64,000 bases of DNA, from NCBI GenBank assembly GCA_964057225.1, contig OZ059898.1, positions 5,456,001-5,520,000 of the forward strand, in the 5' to 3' direction. Every line of letters starts with the position of its first letter. Position 1 is the stretch's first letter. The notes under the pieces were generated by a model. The model did no database searches, was not told where the DNA came from, and worked only from the letters and a program-made list of their open reading frames with translations. Origin of the DNA: Auanema rhodensis. Its lineage: Eukaryota > Animalia > Nematoda. This document shows, one piece after another, positions 13,671 through 26,100 of this stretch. A program made the translations under genes and the position numbers.

Positions 13671-16600
13671 AATTAGAAGTTATTTATTTATTAAAATAAC
13701 AATATAATTGATGTAGTTAGTTATGTGTATATGATTTGCGATTTGAAATTATTTTTTCTTTCAAATTTGGTTCACTATCACAGTAACTCTTTTATTTCTC
13801 ATGAGATTATGAGTCAAAAGAAGTTATTATATATAGTTTAAAAATATATTTTTGATCTTGTTCAAAACGAAAAAAAAAAGAAAAGAAAAGAAGAAAATCA
13901 TGCACAAACTTTAAAGCCTGTCTCACACAACTAGATGTAGTTTAAGTAGTTTAATTCACAATTGGCTTTCACAATTTATACAATCAGCACCACCTATCAT
14001 ACATTCTTTATTACGTTAACTTTGCATTTTTCTTAGGTTTGATACAATGATATCTTCTATTTCATTTCATCATTTCACATCTTTCTATGTTTTTTTCTTT
14101 TATTTGTTGTCCTTATAATGATATATTATATTGAATATTAATTATAATTAAAAAAAAGAAAATTCAATATAATTATTGTTATAGTTATTATTCAATGTCT
14201 TACGTTTTAATATAAATCATCAATAAGCTTTTCCTATTAAAAAATAAATATTTTTTATTATTCAAAAGCTTAATGATGATCTACATAAGTAGATGCATGT
14301 TAATATAAAATTTAATATTTTTATAGTAAAAATAATATTTTAAAATTATTCAATTTACTATAAAAATATTAAAATTTATATTATTAAATATAATTTGCAT
14401 TGTATGTTTGGTGTTAGTGCATGAATAGCTTTTAATATGAACCCGCCCTATATATTATTTATATATAGTTTTAGGTTTTAAGCTTAATTATTATATATTT
14501 CAGATTGCTCAAGAAGTAGCTCGAAATGCTCGAAAACTTGAATTTGTTGGATTAGGCTTATCATTAGTTTGCCTAATTGTTTCCATCTTCATATTCACCT
14601 ATTTCAGGTAATATTTTTTCAAATAGAATAGTCAAATAAGGCAAAATATTTCAGACGATTACGTGTATTTCGAAATCTACTTCATCTACATCTTATGATA
14701 GCAATACTAATGGTCGTTATTATTCGTCTTGTTCTATATATTGATCTTATTTTTACTGGGAATTATGGTCCACATCAGAGTCCATCTGACGGCAATACTA
14801 TTAATACAATGGTCAGTTATAATATTGTTTTGAAACTCTTTACAACAAAAAAATATATTTTTAGCCATTTGTGTGCGAATTTATGTACTTTTTACTGGAA
14901 TATTTCAAAACAGTAGCTTTTGCTTGGATGTTCTTGGAGGGTTTTGTTTTGCATAATCAGCTTGTACTAACTGTGTTTAAAGCTGAACCAAGCATCAAGC
15001 CTTATGCAATGGCTGGATACGGTATAACTATTACTATTTTTGAATTAAATTTGATTAATAATTCTTATAGGAATTCCACTTATTCATGCACTGTTCTGGC
15101 TATTTGTTGTGTTGTTTAAGAAAGGTTTCAAAGTCGAACGATGCTTAGGATCCTACTACCTTGAACCTGAATTTTGGATTTTAGATGGACCAAGAATGGC
15201 CGAACTTGTTGTATGTTGAAGTAAAAGCTATTTTCTTAATAATTTAATTTTTAAGGTTAATTTTTTCTTTATTTGTAATGTAATTCGAGTTTTATGGTCT
15301 AAGGTTCGAGAATCGCACAACACCAGTGAAATGGATCGAATGAAGTTTGTTTATATTTTTTTCTTCTAATCTTTTCATAATAATTGATAAACTTACAAAT
15401 TTCAGGAAAGCAACAAAAGCTGCACTTATGCTGATCCCTCTTCTAGGAATTCCAAACATTATGCAAACTATACCATTCGCACCAACTCGTTACAATATTA
15501 TGGTTAGTTATATATATTTAAACGTTGTTTGAATAATTATATTTTTCAAATTTGTGTAGCAAAATATTTAGAAAAAGAAGAAATAAATTTTATTTTCAGA
15601 TTTTTGCTGTGTGGACGTATTGTGCATCATTTACATACATGTACCAGGGTCTTATGATTACAATTATTTATTGTTTCACAAATAAAGAAGTAAATTTTAA
15701 ATTTATAATAGATAAACAATTATTAATAATTTATTTGAGGTTATTAATGTAATCAAAAGTGTATGGCATCGATATCGCTTACAACATACTAGTCAAACAG
15801 ATTTACGTCGTGGATCTCGAAGTATCGCAAGTCATTATCAGGCCAGAAATGGACAGGTTAGTCAAATTTATTATAAATTTATCAAGAATACTTTTTCTTT
15901 AATTATCTATAAAACAAACAAAAATTTAATTGGACTCATCATGTTAACATCTTTGATTTTATAAAAATTCTTCAATAGTTTTACTTAACTTCATGTTATT
16001 AATTTTTTAAAAAAAGTTTTCAAAATTAAAAAAATTTTTGGGAACGTATAATATTAAAAAAAATGTTTGAAATGATATTATCATTTAGTGAAAAATAAAT
16101 AAAAAATATTGCTCGAACAGAATTTCCATAAAATGAAAAAGAGTGAGACAGATTTATAAATGCTTTTAGCTCGTTTGGCTTATTTTGCTTAATTTTAATT
16201 ATATTTATAGAAAATAGTTTTAGTCATTAGATTTTTTATAATGAATAACTTGCTGATTTTATTTAAAAAATTGAAGAATATTTTTAATTTTTGTGATGTT
16301 TCAATTTTTGTGGAAATATACAGCTTCGGCTTGTGTGTTTTTCTGATGACTGTCTCTGACAGCATGCTCTTAAAACTTCTTTCGATTTAACTGCTTTTGT
16401 GAACAATCAATCTTCTTTTTTTTTGAAAAATTTTTGATTTATAATATTTATATATATATAAGTATATATATGTATAGGTATGTATATTTATTTATTTATA
16501 TATTATATGTATCTATCGTTTCTTTCTAACTGCTGTTTGTCTTTGTGTCCAGGTTACACTAGCTCTTGATAACAAGAATGGAAACACGTTGAGTCCATCG

Positions 16601-17788
16601 TATGTGAACCATGTGAAGAAAGGATCAGATGATTCAACAACTAAGCTAATGTCTTCTGTCACGGTTTGTTCTACTACTACCTTTAATACTGCAAAAGAAA
16701 TAAAAACATGGAATGATGATGCTGATGATGGTTATGAAGACAACGTTGTGTATTAATTTAGATTTCAAATTATTAACAATTTGAAAGCTTCGATTGTGTC
16801 AGCTTCAGCTATTGTCCTATCTGATGTTTATATGTTAAATAGAATATTTAAATTAATAATCAAAAAGAATCAATACAATATCACATTCACTGAACATGCT
16901 TCTAAATTTTCTTTTGCACGCTCGCAACACTGAAAAAACTTTTTTTATGCTTGTATTCCTTATTTCTGCACAGTTTTCAATCTTTCTCTATCTAAACAAA
17001 ATAACTTAAGGAACAGAGTTCACGTATGTGTGTGTGGGTGTGTGTTTAAACGGTTTTAACGTGCTATATCTCTCATAATTTGTCCAATAATTATAAAATT
17101 CAAAAAAGGAAATGTGTGTTTCGATGTTTTTCCTTTGCTTCTGTTTCAGATCAACTTAATTAGATAAGAAAAATAAGATTTTATGATTTACTCTAATCTA
17201 ATTAAGTTGTTCGAATTGATATCTGCTGTTTTTTTTTATTAAAAGCTTTTGATTCAGTTTTTTATAATTTTTTTTTGCTGTTTGTTCAGATTGACGAAAG
17301 TGTGAATAACAATGCACCAAGTGAGCTAACTCCTCTCAAATGTGATTGCGATGGAGACAGGTAATATCCACTAATATTCACAGACACATCATCTTTTCCC
17401 AAAATACATGCTTAATCTTAGTTGTTAATTAATAAGAAGAATCGTCATACAACAAGATAATTCAGATTAAACCTTAACATTATGCTTGTTTGAACCAAGT
17501 GTGCTTGTTAATTTTCTTTTTTTGTTTTGTTTTGCACTTTATTTGTTTTTTTATGTTTTTTTGCTTTTTTATCGAATTTTATAATTTATGTTTTATTTTG
17601 CTCGCACTTGCAACTTAACAAACCTAACCAGCTGTATAAAAAAAGATTCATATTTGATTTTTATGGTTTAGAAACTGTTTTTAGAGTTTAAATTGAAAAC
17701 AAAAACATTCTTTTTAATAAAATTTAATCATAATATTTTATATTTTAGGATTATCCCTAAAAATGGTCACATCATGAACGATTTCTGA
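10393..17788 (+). CDS. pdfr-1: Pigment-dispersing factor receptor (class B/secretin-family GPCR), multi-exon, alternatively spliced
   Basis: Phase-consistent exons: 10393-10464, 10553-10604, 10673-10789, [11767-11891 or 13417-13568], 14504-14607, 14655-14811, 14865-15021, 15071-15210, 15256-15344, 15406-15502, 15600-15689, 15740-15856, 16553-16663, 17290-17360, 17749-17788. Translation has the hormone-binding domain (YCNATYDTVLCWPP...CP...GWTN(F/Y)T.C), RNLLHLHL, WMFLEG, KATKAALMLIPLLG, YQGL...YCFTNKEV and KKGSDDSTTKLM, matching C. elegans PDFR-1 as recalled. The last exon is less certain. Confidence 0.96.
11767..11891 (+). CDS. pdfr-1: pdfr-1 mutually exclusive exon 4A (KNIQKYCDDTGRWAGREPGKYENPWGWTNFTPCFRIDFEDVK)
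   Basis: TTCAG acceptor at 11762-11766 and GTACGA donor at 11892; phase 1 in, phase 0 out. Encodes the C-x3-G-x-W...W-T-N-x-T-x-C half of the class B ectodomain. Confidence 0.93.
12175..12220. repeat. (TA)n / (TATATATAG)3 tandem repeat in the pdfr-1 4A-4B intron
   Basis: Direct reading. Confidence 0.85.
13417..13568 (+). CDS. pdfr-1: pdfr-1 mutually exclusive exon 4B (KNITKHCHSSGYWMGRNESDIGPDNGWTNYTMCYTEEVIYIMNKLNNKSLA)
   Basis: TTCAG acceptor at 13412-13416 and weak GTCACT donor at 13569; same phases as 4A and homologous Cys/Trp pattern. Including both exons shifts the frame. Confidence 0.93.
16664..16756 (+). CDS. pdfr-1: pdfr-1 alternative C-terminus by read-through of the exon-13 donor (VCSTTTFNTAKEIKTWNDDADDGYEDNVVY*)
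   Basis: The frame stays open for 30 codons past the GTTTGT donor to TAA 16754-16756, with protein-like composition in very AT-rich surroundings. Confidence 0.55.
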   Translation, partial: VCSTTTFNTAKEIKTWNDDADDGYEDNVVY

Positions 17789-20700
17789 AAAAGGATTCAA
17801 AGAACATTATATACGATAACCATCATGTATTCGTTCCTTCGTTCTAGCATCGTTGTCATCAAACGATACTATGTTAATACGGTATTTACAGTCAACAAAT
17901 CCATTTCACACGGGTTCCAATAATTCATGTAAATTTCAAAAATAATAGAAAACTCTCATGCACTCTCAGAAAAATAATATTATAGCTTTATCGTTTAATG
18001 TGATGTTTATGTTCCTTTTTCATTTCCAATATTTCCCTTTTGTCCTGCTTTATCCTATCTCTCTTATCACCCTTATACCCTTCTCTCTCTCCCTCTCCCT
18101 CTCTCTTTTCTTTTATCTTCCTCATTTTCTTATTCTTATCTCTTCTCTTGCTGAATCTCTTCCAATTTCCATAACTTTTAAGCATTTTCTTCTTTTCTTT
18201 CCTCTCAAAATTTTGTCTCATATTCTATTATTTTGCATAAATTTCATATAATAATATGCCTTTTAGCTGATTTAGGATATCATTAAATCATTTCATTTTC
18301 ATGTTACCATAATATTCCTTTTGTGCTTTAAACCCGGTTTGCACATACCATTAACTAAACGTTCTATCAAATAGGTATGTATCTCAATCATTCAACGTTT
18401 CCTTATTTGAACTTTGTTTCAAACGCTCATGGTCATTACACGTAAAAAACTTTTTTTTTTCATCGTATGTGCAAAAGCGGTACAACCAATTATGAGATAC
18501 GGGTTATTTCTATCACATTATCTATCATTTTCTCATAATTTTTCCAGTTTCTTAGGAGTAAATTGTCTCATGAGATGCCATTATATGGCTAATTACTGCA
18601 TAACATCTCAATTTTAAATATTCAGTTTAACCTCTTTTTCTTTTCTATCATATAGGTATAACCTGGGAAAAGTCAAACTGAAAATTATAATTATTTCAAA
18701 TCAAAGAGACAAATATTTTTCTATAAAACTACTGATAATTGGTTTCTGCTGCCATGAGTCCTCCTCCACAGTGACAAATTCCTATTGGTAGTTGTAATTG
18801 TATTCTTAAATCTTGTACCATTTCCTGCTTTCTGCCTTTTTTTTTGCCACTTTCTCTTTCTTCATTATCTTCCTCTTATTTTTATTTGTAACAAATTTTT
18901 AAAATAATAATATTGTGACAATATTTGTTGTCTTCTGCTTTAAATGATATAGATTTCATATTAATTATATTCTCATTTATAATTTGTTCATATATGTATT
19001 TCTCTGAGCATATATACTTTCTGACAGGCTGGGCTTTTTTTTGTTGAAAAAAAATTTATATTTCAATGCTATTGTACAAGCTGTGTTATTTAAGCTAGAT
19101 AAGCGATATAGTTTGGATCGGCTTACTGCATAGATGATTGTTTTTTGTTAATCGTATCCGTTCCGCATCTACATTGTTCCAGAAAAAAAATAAGAATTAT
19201 TTGTCTATTTTAATTTCAATATTAAATATAATAAAATATATGAATTTCATGTTTTTATATTTAAAAATATATATTTAAAGATGATGACAACAAGTTTTAT
19301 GTTAGATTCAATATAAATAAGCTTATACTATTAAAATTTATAAACAAATATCAAAGAAAACACAGAATTTGTTTCAAGTTATAAACAAGAAAATCATTTT
19401 TTGCTTGTTCTTTCCCTTTAATTCTTCACAGTTCAAAATAATTGTAAGTATCGGCACCTTTGTTTTTAACCAATTATTTCCGCCAAAAGCTGCGTACTAA
19501 ACCTTCTATTGAATCAAGGCTTCTGGTGTCATCTTCTACAGTTGTTCTAGGACTAATTAAGTTAAACGAGGTCTGACAACAAACCAGCCGAGGTCGAGAT
19601 TTCGACCATGACCATTCGACCCAGAGGTTTAGCAGCAGGTGGATGTATGGTGGTACTCTTGTAGAATGCCGACCTTATTGTAAGTACACAAGACGACGAC
19701 AGGTCTGCCCGGGAGGTATTAAAGAAAAATGACTGACCGCTATTATTATGATCATTCGGTTTTACCTTTTATGTACAAAAAGCTTAACCATCCAAGCTGA
19801 ATATGATTTGTATAAATGCTTTTACATTAATTTTCTGAAAGCAATTTATTTATTTTTTACGGAAAGACTAATTATATAAATTCTTTAAATTGTATTTATT
19901 ATATTTTAAAATATTATAATGTGTGAAATCAACATATGGATTCTGAAACAGCAATATGGTTAAACAGAAGTAATGAACCTGCTTAATAAGAGCATGTATG
20001 AAGGGATAATCCATATAACATGTGGAACGAGATCGAACTCTGTGGATTCATCAGATTAACACATGGATTAACTATTTCTCAATTGGCTAACGGATTATCT
20101 TCCATTCTTTTCTTACAGATAATCGACCGTTTTTCCGGAATTTTTTTTATTAGGTCCCTTACATATACGGTATGAAGAGTATATTTAGCATTTGCTGCAT
20201 TTCTCTAGAAAAATAAAGACAGAAAACCATTTTTTTAGCATTGTGATTGACAGCTGAATGAATGACGTCACTGACAAGCAGCACACATACATCTCTTCTT
20301 CATATCCCGACTATTCATTCCAACAGTTACATAGTTTGTTGGATCAAAGACAATACCGACTTCACGTAAAACGTGTATGTTACATATCCATATGTGGATG
20401 TCATGGATATAAACAAAGACGAATTGTCTTCATAGTCAGTTAGCTGGATTGAGTTATGTGATTGAACGACAGCCGGTAATCGTTGTGATCTCTCTTACGA
20501 TACGCCGAATCAAAAGGAAACACATATGTTATCTGAGTCCATAAATGGTTAATTGCGTCATCATCATCAAGATCAATTATGTCACAAATACCGTCATTCC
20601 AGCATATTTACACGGTATTCGGCTTTTTTTTGTTCAAAAATTTTTGATTGATATGAAATAGATATAATGAAATCTTCTTGATATAATAATTTTATCGTCT

Positions 20701-23142
20701 TTCTTTTATCTTTAATTCAATGAAAATTACATAAAAATGACAATAATGGTCCCTACTTACGGTAATTTCTTGAAAAATTAGTAAGCTCTATGTGCATCCG
20801 GTGTGTTATGATGCATGTCGTTGTTCAGAACCAGATTATCGCCGTTTGGCTAGTCATGCTCTGCTAATTATGGTCCCAATATGATTTCAGAACCCGGCTG
20901 GTCTGGAGCCAGTATTCATAGTTTGTCCATAGATTTCACCTGTCGTCCTCGCAACGTGTGATCGTTCTCATCTGCCAATAGAATGAACATTCAATAGGAT
21001 GGATAAAGAGAAAGAAAAGTTGACTGAGCTAACGAAAGCATAAAGAGAGAAAGAGAGAGAGGGAAAGAGAAATAGAAAGAGAGGTAGAGAGAGAAAATAA
21101 AATGAAAATATATAATGCGAGAGCTACAAGAACATGAGGACAGCATCATGATGATGAGTACAATGTGAAGAAAAGCGTGAGACCTCATCCATCTGGCACT
21201 ACGTAGCCATTAGAAGAGTCAAAGTGTGTGAAAATGAGCTATAAAAGTCAATGAATTGAATGTATCCATATAGAGTCTCTAATCTACAAATTTTATTGAA
21301 ATTGTTCTTATTTCTTATTAAGGTTAGAGAAAAAAAATATTTTATTTTAATTATTTTATGAAAATTCTAATAAATATGATGAAATTTCTGTTTTTAAAAG
21401 CTTTTATTTGCTCAACTGACTTCATTTCCTGCTTTTTCCAAGTTCACTTTTTAAATTCCGTTAAACTCTTTTAAGAAGATCCCACGCAAAGCTGTCCCTA
21501 AATTCTGACTATGCTCTGGCACAAATTGCTACCGTAATCTTCTTCGCAAGATGCCCACGATTAGTGAGCATGAATATGATGTTATAGGGAGGATGAGGAC
21601 GAATAAAGATGAAGATGGAAGTACAACTGAAAGCTCCCCCGAATACATTTAGAAAACGAGAAATCTCACAGATCACTGCTCTCCACGATGCAACATATGG
21701 ATTTCAATGTTGCCCTCATTATCTCAACTGAACCATTTCATATAGAGAGTAAGAATGAGTGAAACATCATTGAGAGAGCATAAAATGAAAAAGAAGAAGA
21801 GAACCAAAAGAAGCATATGAAGCATATTTATATTCAGTGTTTGATGAAAAATCTGTCTAATTATATATTATATAATAATGATATGAAAAGAAAGTTTCAA
21901 TTAACTTTTATATAAAAATTCCATTTAAATAATTAAAACATGCTTGAATTTCATCTGCTATAAACATATGCTATGTATTTTATTTTTGAGGTTATTGTTG
22001 AACCCTCAATTAATACCAACAAAAAAAACTCTTTGGGATATGTCAACACTATGAAACTTTCATTTTGATAAACTTCATGAAGAAATGCTCCTGCATTTCT
22101 AGATACTTTAACACGAATACAACGATCATGACAATGTCCGGAAAACGGAAAACGATGTAGCTTAGAAAACGGAAATGTTTTTGTTTATCTATTGCTATTC
22201 GTCTTTTCAATGCCGTTTTCAACTATCTCTTAGTTTTTCTTCTTTTCCAATTCCATTTTCCTATACACTATCATTGCTCTATCGACCATCTTTTTCTTCT
22301 TGTGTTCTACCATTGTTTCTTCTTCTCTCTTTCCATCTCTACTACATGTCGTTATCCTCATTTTAGCTTTATTCTACCATATAAGAATAGGTAGACTAAA
22401 CAAACTAACGTCTTCTTCTCTTCATCTCATACTCTTTTTCAGATAACAAAAGACATATTTCAGTTTCTCCATGGAATATCCTACAAGTCAATGAACATTC
22501 ACATCAAACAATCAAAGAAGCAGGAAAGGAAATAGATTTTCAAAAGGACTACGGTAACCTATGGAAGTCGAGTCGAGTTAAAATTTGGATCGCTTGCTGA
22601 ACGAAACTGAGAATATGCGACATCAACCATCATCTCTCTCTTCCTAATATTTCCTTTTTAAACCCATGTTACTCTTTCTCTCTCTCTCTCTCTCTTTCAA
22701 TTTCTCTATCTTTTTCTTTTTTCTTTCTTTCTTTCTGTATAGATACATATATGTATCTCTTCACTGAAGGATTGTTGGAGTTTGGTTCAGCAGATTCATA
22801 GAATATATGTTATTCGTTACGATATTCAAGAGCTTCAAGGAAGCTTTTCATTTAAAAACAAACTTTTTTTTCAAAACGATTTTTACAAAACTATGGAATT
22901 ATATAAAAAAAAAACATTTTTGTTTTATATTCTAATATGGGATGTGATTAAAAGTAATAGGTCAAATGATCAATAATATAAATAGATAATGTTTTAAAGA
23001 TTAAAAAGGTCAAAATGAAATAAAAAAATAAATATTTTTGTCTTTCATAAAATAAGAGAAAATATAAAACATGTGAACGCTGCATTACAAATGAACAATA
23101 TTATTAATAATGTAAAAGCAATTGAAATCATAACACCTCAAT

Positions 23143-23162
23143 GTCTGTCTGTCTGTCTGTCT
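23143..23162. repeat. (TCTG)n tetranucleotide repeat
   Basis: gtctgtctgtctgtctgtct read directly. Confidence 0.9.
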
Positions 23163-26100
23163 TTCATTTCATTTTTTTATTTTAAAAGAATAAAGTTGAT
23201 TCTATAAATTCTTAAATTAAACTAAAAGATTTTCGTTTTTTTTCTCAAAAAAAAAATAATTTTAATTGATTCCTTCTACCCCCCCCCTCTTTTACCCTTT
23301 TGCCTCTTGCATTGTCACGATTAACATGCCATCCATACATCCATACATGTATTAGAGATCTTTTAATGACCGTAATTCATTGAGATTATTTGACACATCT
23401 GCTGTATTCAGTTAACTATTAAGTTATATTTATATTTATATACTTAACTTTGTTGAAAATTCTTATTTTTTGAATAAGACAATATAATGATAACTATGTT
23501 AAGAAGTTTTTCATGACTTTCATGAGAACTGTTCGTTAAATGTTAAAACTCTGTCATATCAGAAAAGTAAGAGAGAGAGAGAGAGAGAAAACGAGATGGA
23601 TGTAAGGAGAGCTAAACAGACAGCAACATTGCACATTTCCACTTCGTTTCATGTCTTCTTCTGACATTCTTCTATATTAATGATCGCCCGTTGGACTCAA
23701 AACACGGACATCTCTCTCACTTTTGCTTTTCACCTCTTTGGTATCCTAAATTTTCTTAAGGGCTGTCTTCTTGGGTTCTCATAGAGTCTATTTTCTCTTC
23801 TCTCCATCTCTCTCCACATCCCTACATAGCTATCACTTCCAATAAACATAATAGATGTCTGTTGTTCTCTAGTTGTACCACTGGACTCAACAGATGGTAT
23901 CTACCCTGCTTTCTCTCTTTACATTTGCTCATTTTCCCCTTTCTCTCTCTCTCTCCCTCTATTTTCAATCCTTCATGAAGCAAAGACAGAAATAGACAAA
24001 GACTAGTAGACGTAAGAAGAAGAACAGGAGCAGAGGTTGAATCGAATCGCCTCAAACTACCAATAACTGAAATGAACATGACAAGACTGTGTCTTTTTAA
24101 TTTATTAGAAACATCATCTCATTAGTCATCTTGTCATCATCAAATTATAAAAGATGAGGTGGATATACATACATACACATAGACATGAAATGAATATATT
24201 CATTTTGGACTTCGATTCCGCTTAAGCTTTGCAAAACTTTCAATTCGTTTTCTATTTTGAATGTCTGAACGGTAAAGGTCAATCAACATACACATGTAAA
24301 AGATAAAATATGAACATTTCTATATATCATATAGTATATTCAAGATATGTATATATGTGTAGATAAACTTTACATAATATTAATGATAATATTCTTCATA
24401 AAGTATCATCATCATCATCATTTTTTTTTTTGATATTTATCATTAAAATGCGTATGTTCTACTTCTTTCAAATAAGATAAATATAGATTTTGATTATCAT
24501 TTCGTATTGAAAATGTATTCATCACATCCCTATCTTATACTTATTTCATATATCTCTTAGTCTACTACACTTATTTTTTTAAGCTTTTTTACTTTACATT
24601 AGACTCATACATTCCCCTTCTTATATACTTTTCTCATCCTTATGATCTGGATATAATGATCTAGCATCATGTAATGAATAGAAAAAGAAAACGAATATAA
24701 GAAGAGAGAGATTCTCTTGAAACAGAACAACTCAAATGCAACAGCCGGGCCTTTTGGATAAGGCCATTCGTTTTCTTCATTCGAAGACATAATTAATTAG
24801 AAAGCGATATTTTTATGAGTCATGTCGTTCCCGTGCCGTTTTCGGATGACAAAACGACAGAATCAAACCTTCAGTCGGTTACGTATAATGCCGACACCGT
24901 TGGCAACAGATGGCCATGTCATCGTCGTTTGGACGACATCGTTTCGTCTTCCTTCTTTTGCTTCTCTTACCGCTCGATCATGTTTTAAGAAATTAATACT
25001 ATATTATCATGTTAAAATTAATTTGGTTAAATCATAAACATATCTGTCTATACGAGAAAAACTTTCAATTATTAAGTAAAATAGATATCGAAAGTACTGT
25101 AGAAATTATTTCATTCAATTACTGAAGATGACGTGAACCAAAAACATATTTTTAAAATAATTTTCATTATTTTATTAAAACAAATAATTAAATAAAATGA
25201 TAATAAACAAACAAATAAATAATTTTTTTAGTTGGTTTTTGAATATTCTTTCATGCTTTCCATTAGTAAAACAGATGTTTTATGATAATCAGGAATATTT
25301 TACTTTCGACATCTTTGTTCAACAAAAGCTTATGAAAATAGGATTAGAGAAAAAAAAACTGTTGTTTATTATAATTTTATTATCATAAGTTGAATAAACT
25401 ACAGTAATACATATGTATATATTCCTATACATATATACCGTAATCTTTAATCTCTTAGACTCATTTACATTTGAGAAAGAGACAAGCGGCATATGATACA
25501 TTAGTAGACAGAAATGTGAGATAATGGATAAAAATTTGGTAGTTGGCTTCTAATATCAATTGAAACGAATGAACTTTCGATTTTTTGTTTCCTGAGTTTT
25601 ATAGTCATTAGGTTTCCATATTTCTCCCCGTCTTTCTTTGGTTTTCAACAAGAATCATATCGTTGACACTCTGCGGAAAATTCGCTCAAGAAAATACGAA
25701 AAGTGAGAGAAAGAGAGACCGAGATAGAAAGAAAGAGAAATAGAGAGAGAGAGAGACTCCAACCTTTCTGGTTGTTCAGTTTCTGTTGGAGCTTTTGCCT
25801 TATTATTAATGTATGGAGGCTCTTATCGACGACAACGACGACCTAGCTGGCTGAGACAACCTTCCCTCTTTCTTCCCCTAGGCATTTGCTCCAATAGAGA
25901 GCACGAGACAGAGCAAAAGAGAGAGCAATCTGTGAGAGAATGGACGAAAGAGTACTTGCCCTGTTTCGTTCATTCTCTATAGAACTTGTGAAGAATAGAA
26001 GAGAATAGATATACGTAGTTGCTAAAGAGAGATTGCGAAAAGAGGAAGATTGTGTGAGAAACAAACCAAGCTTCATTGGCTACTTAGTTACAATCTTAGA

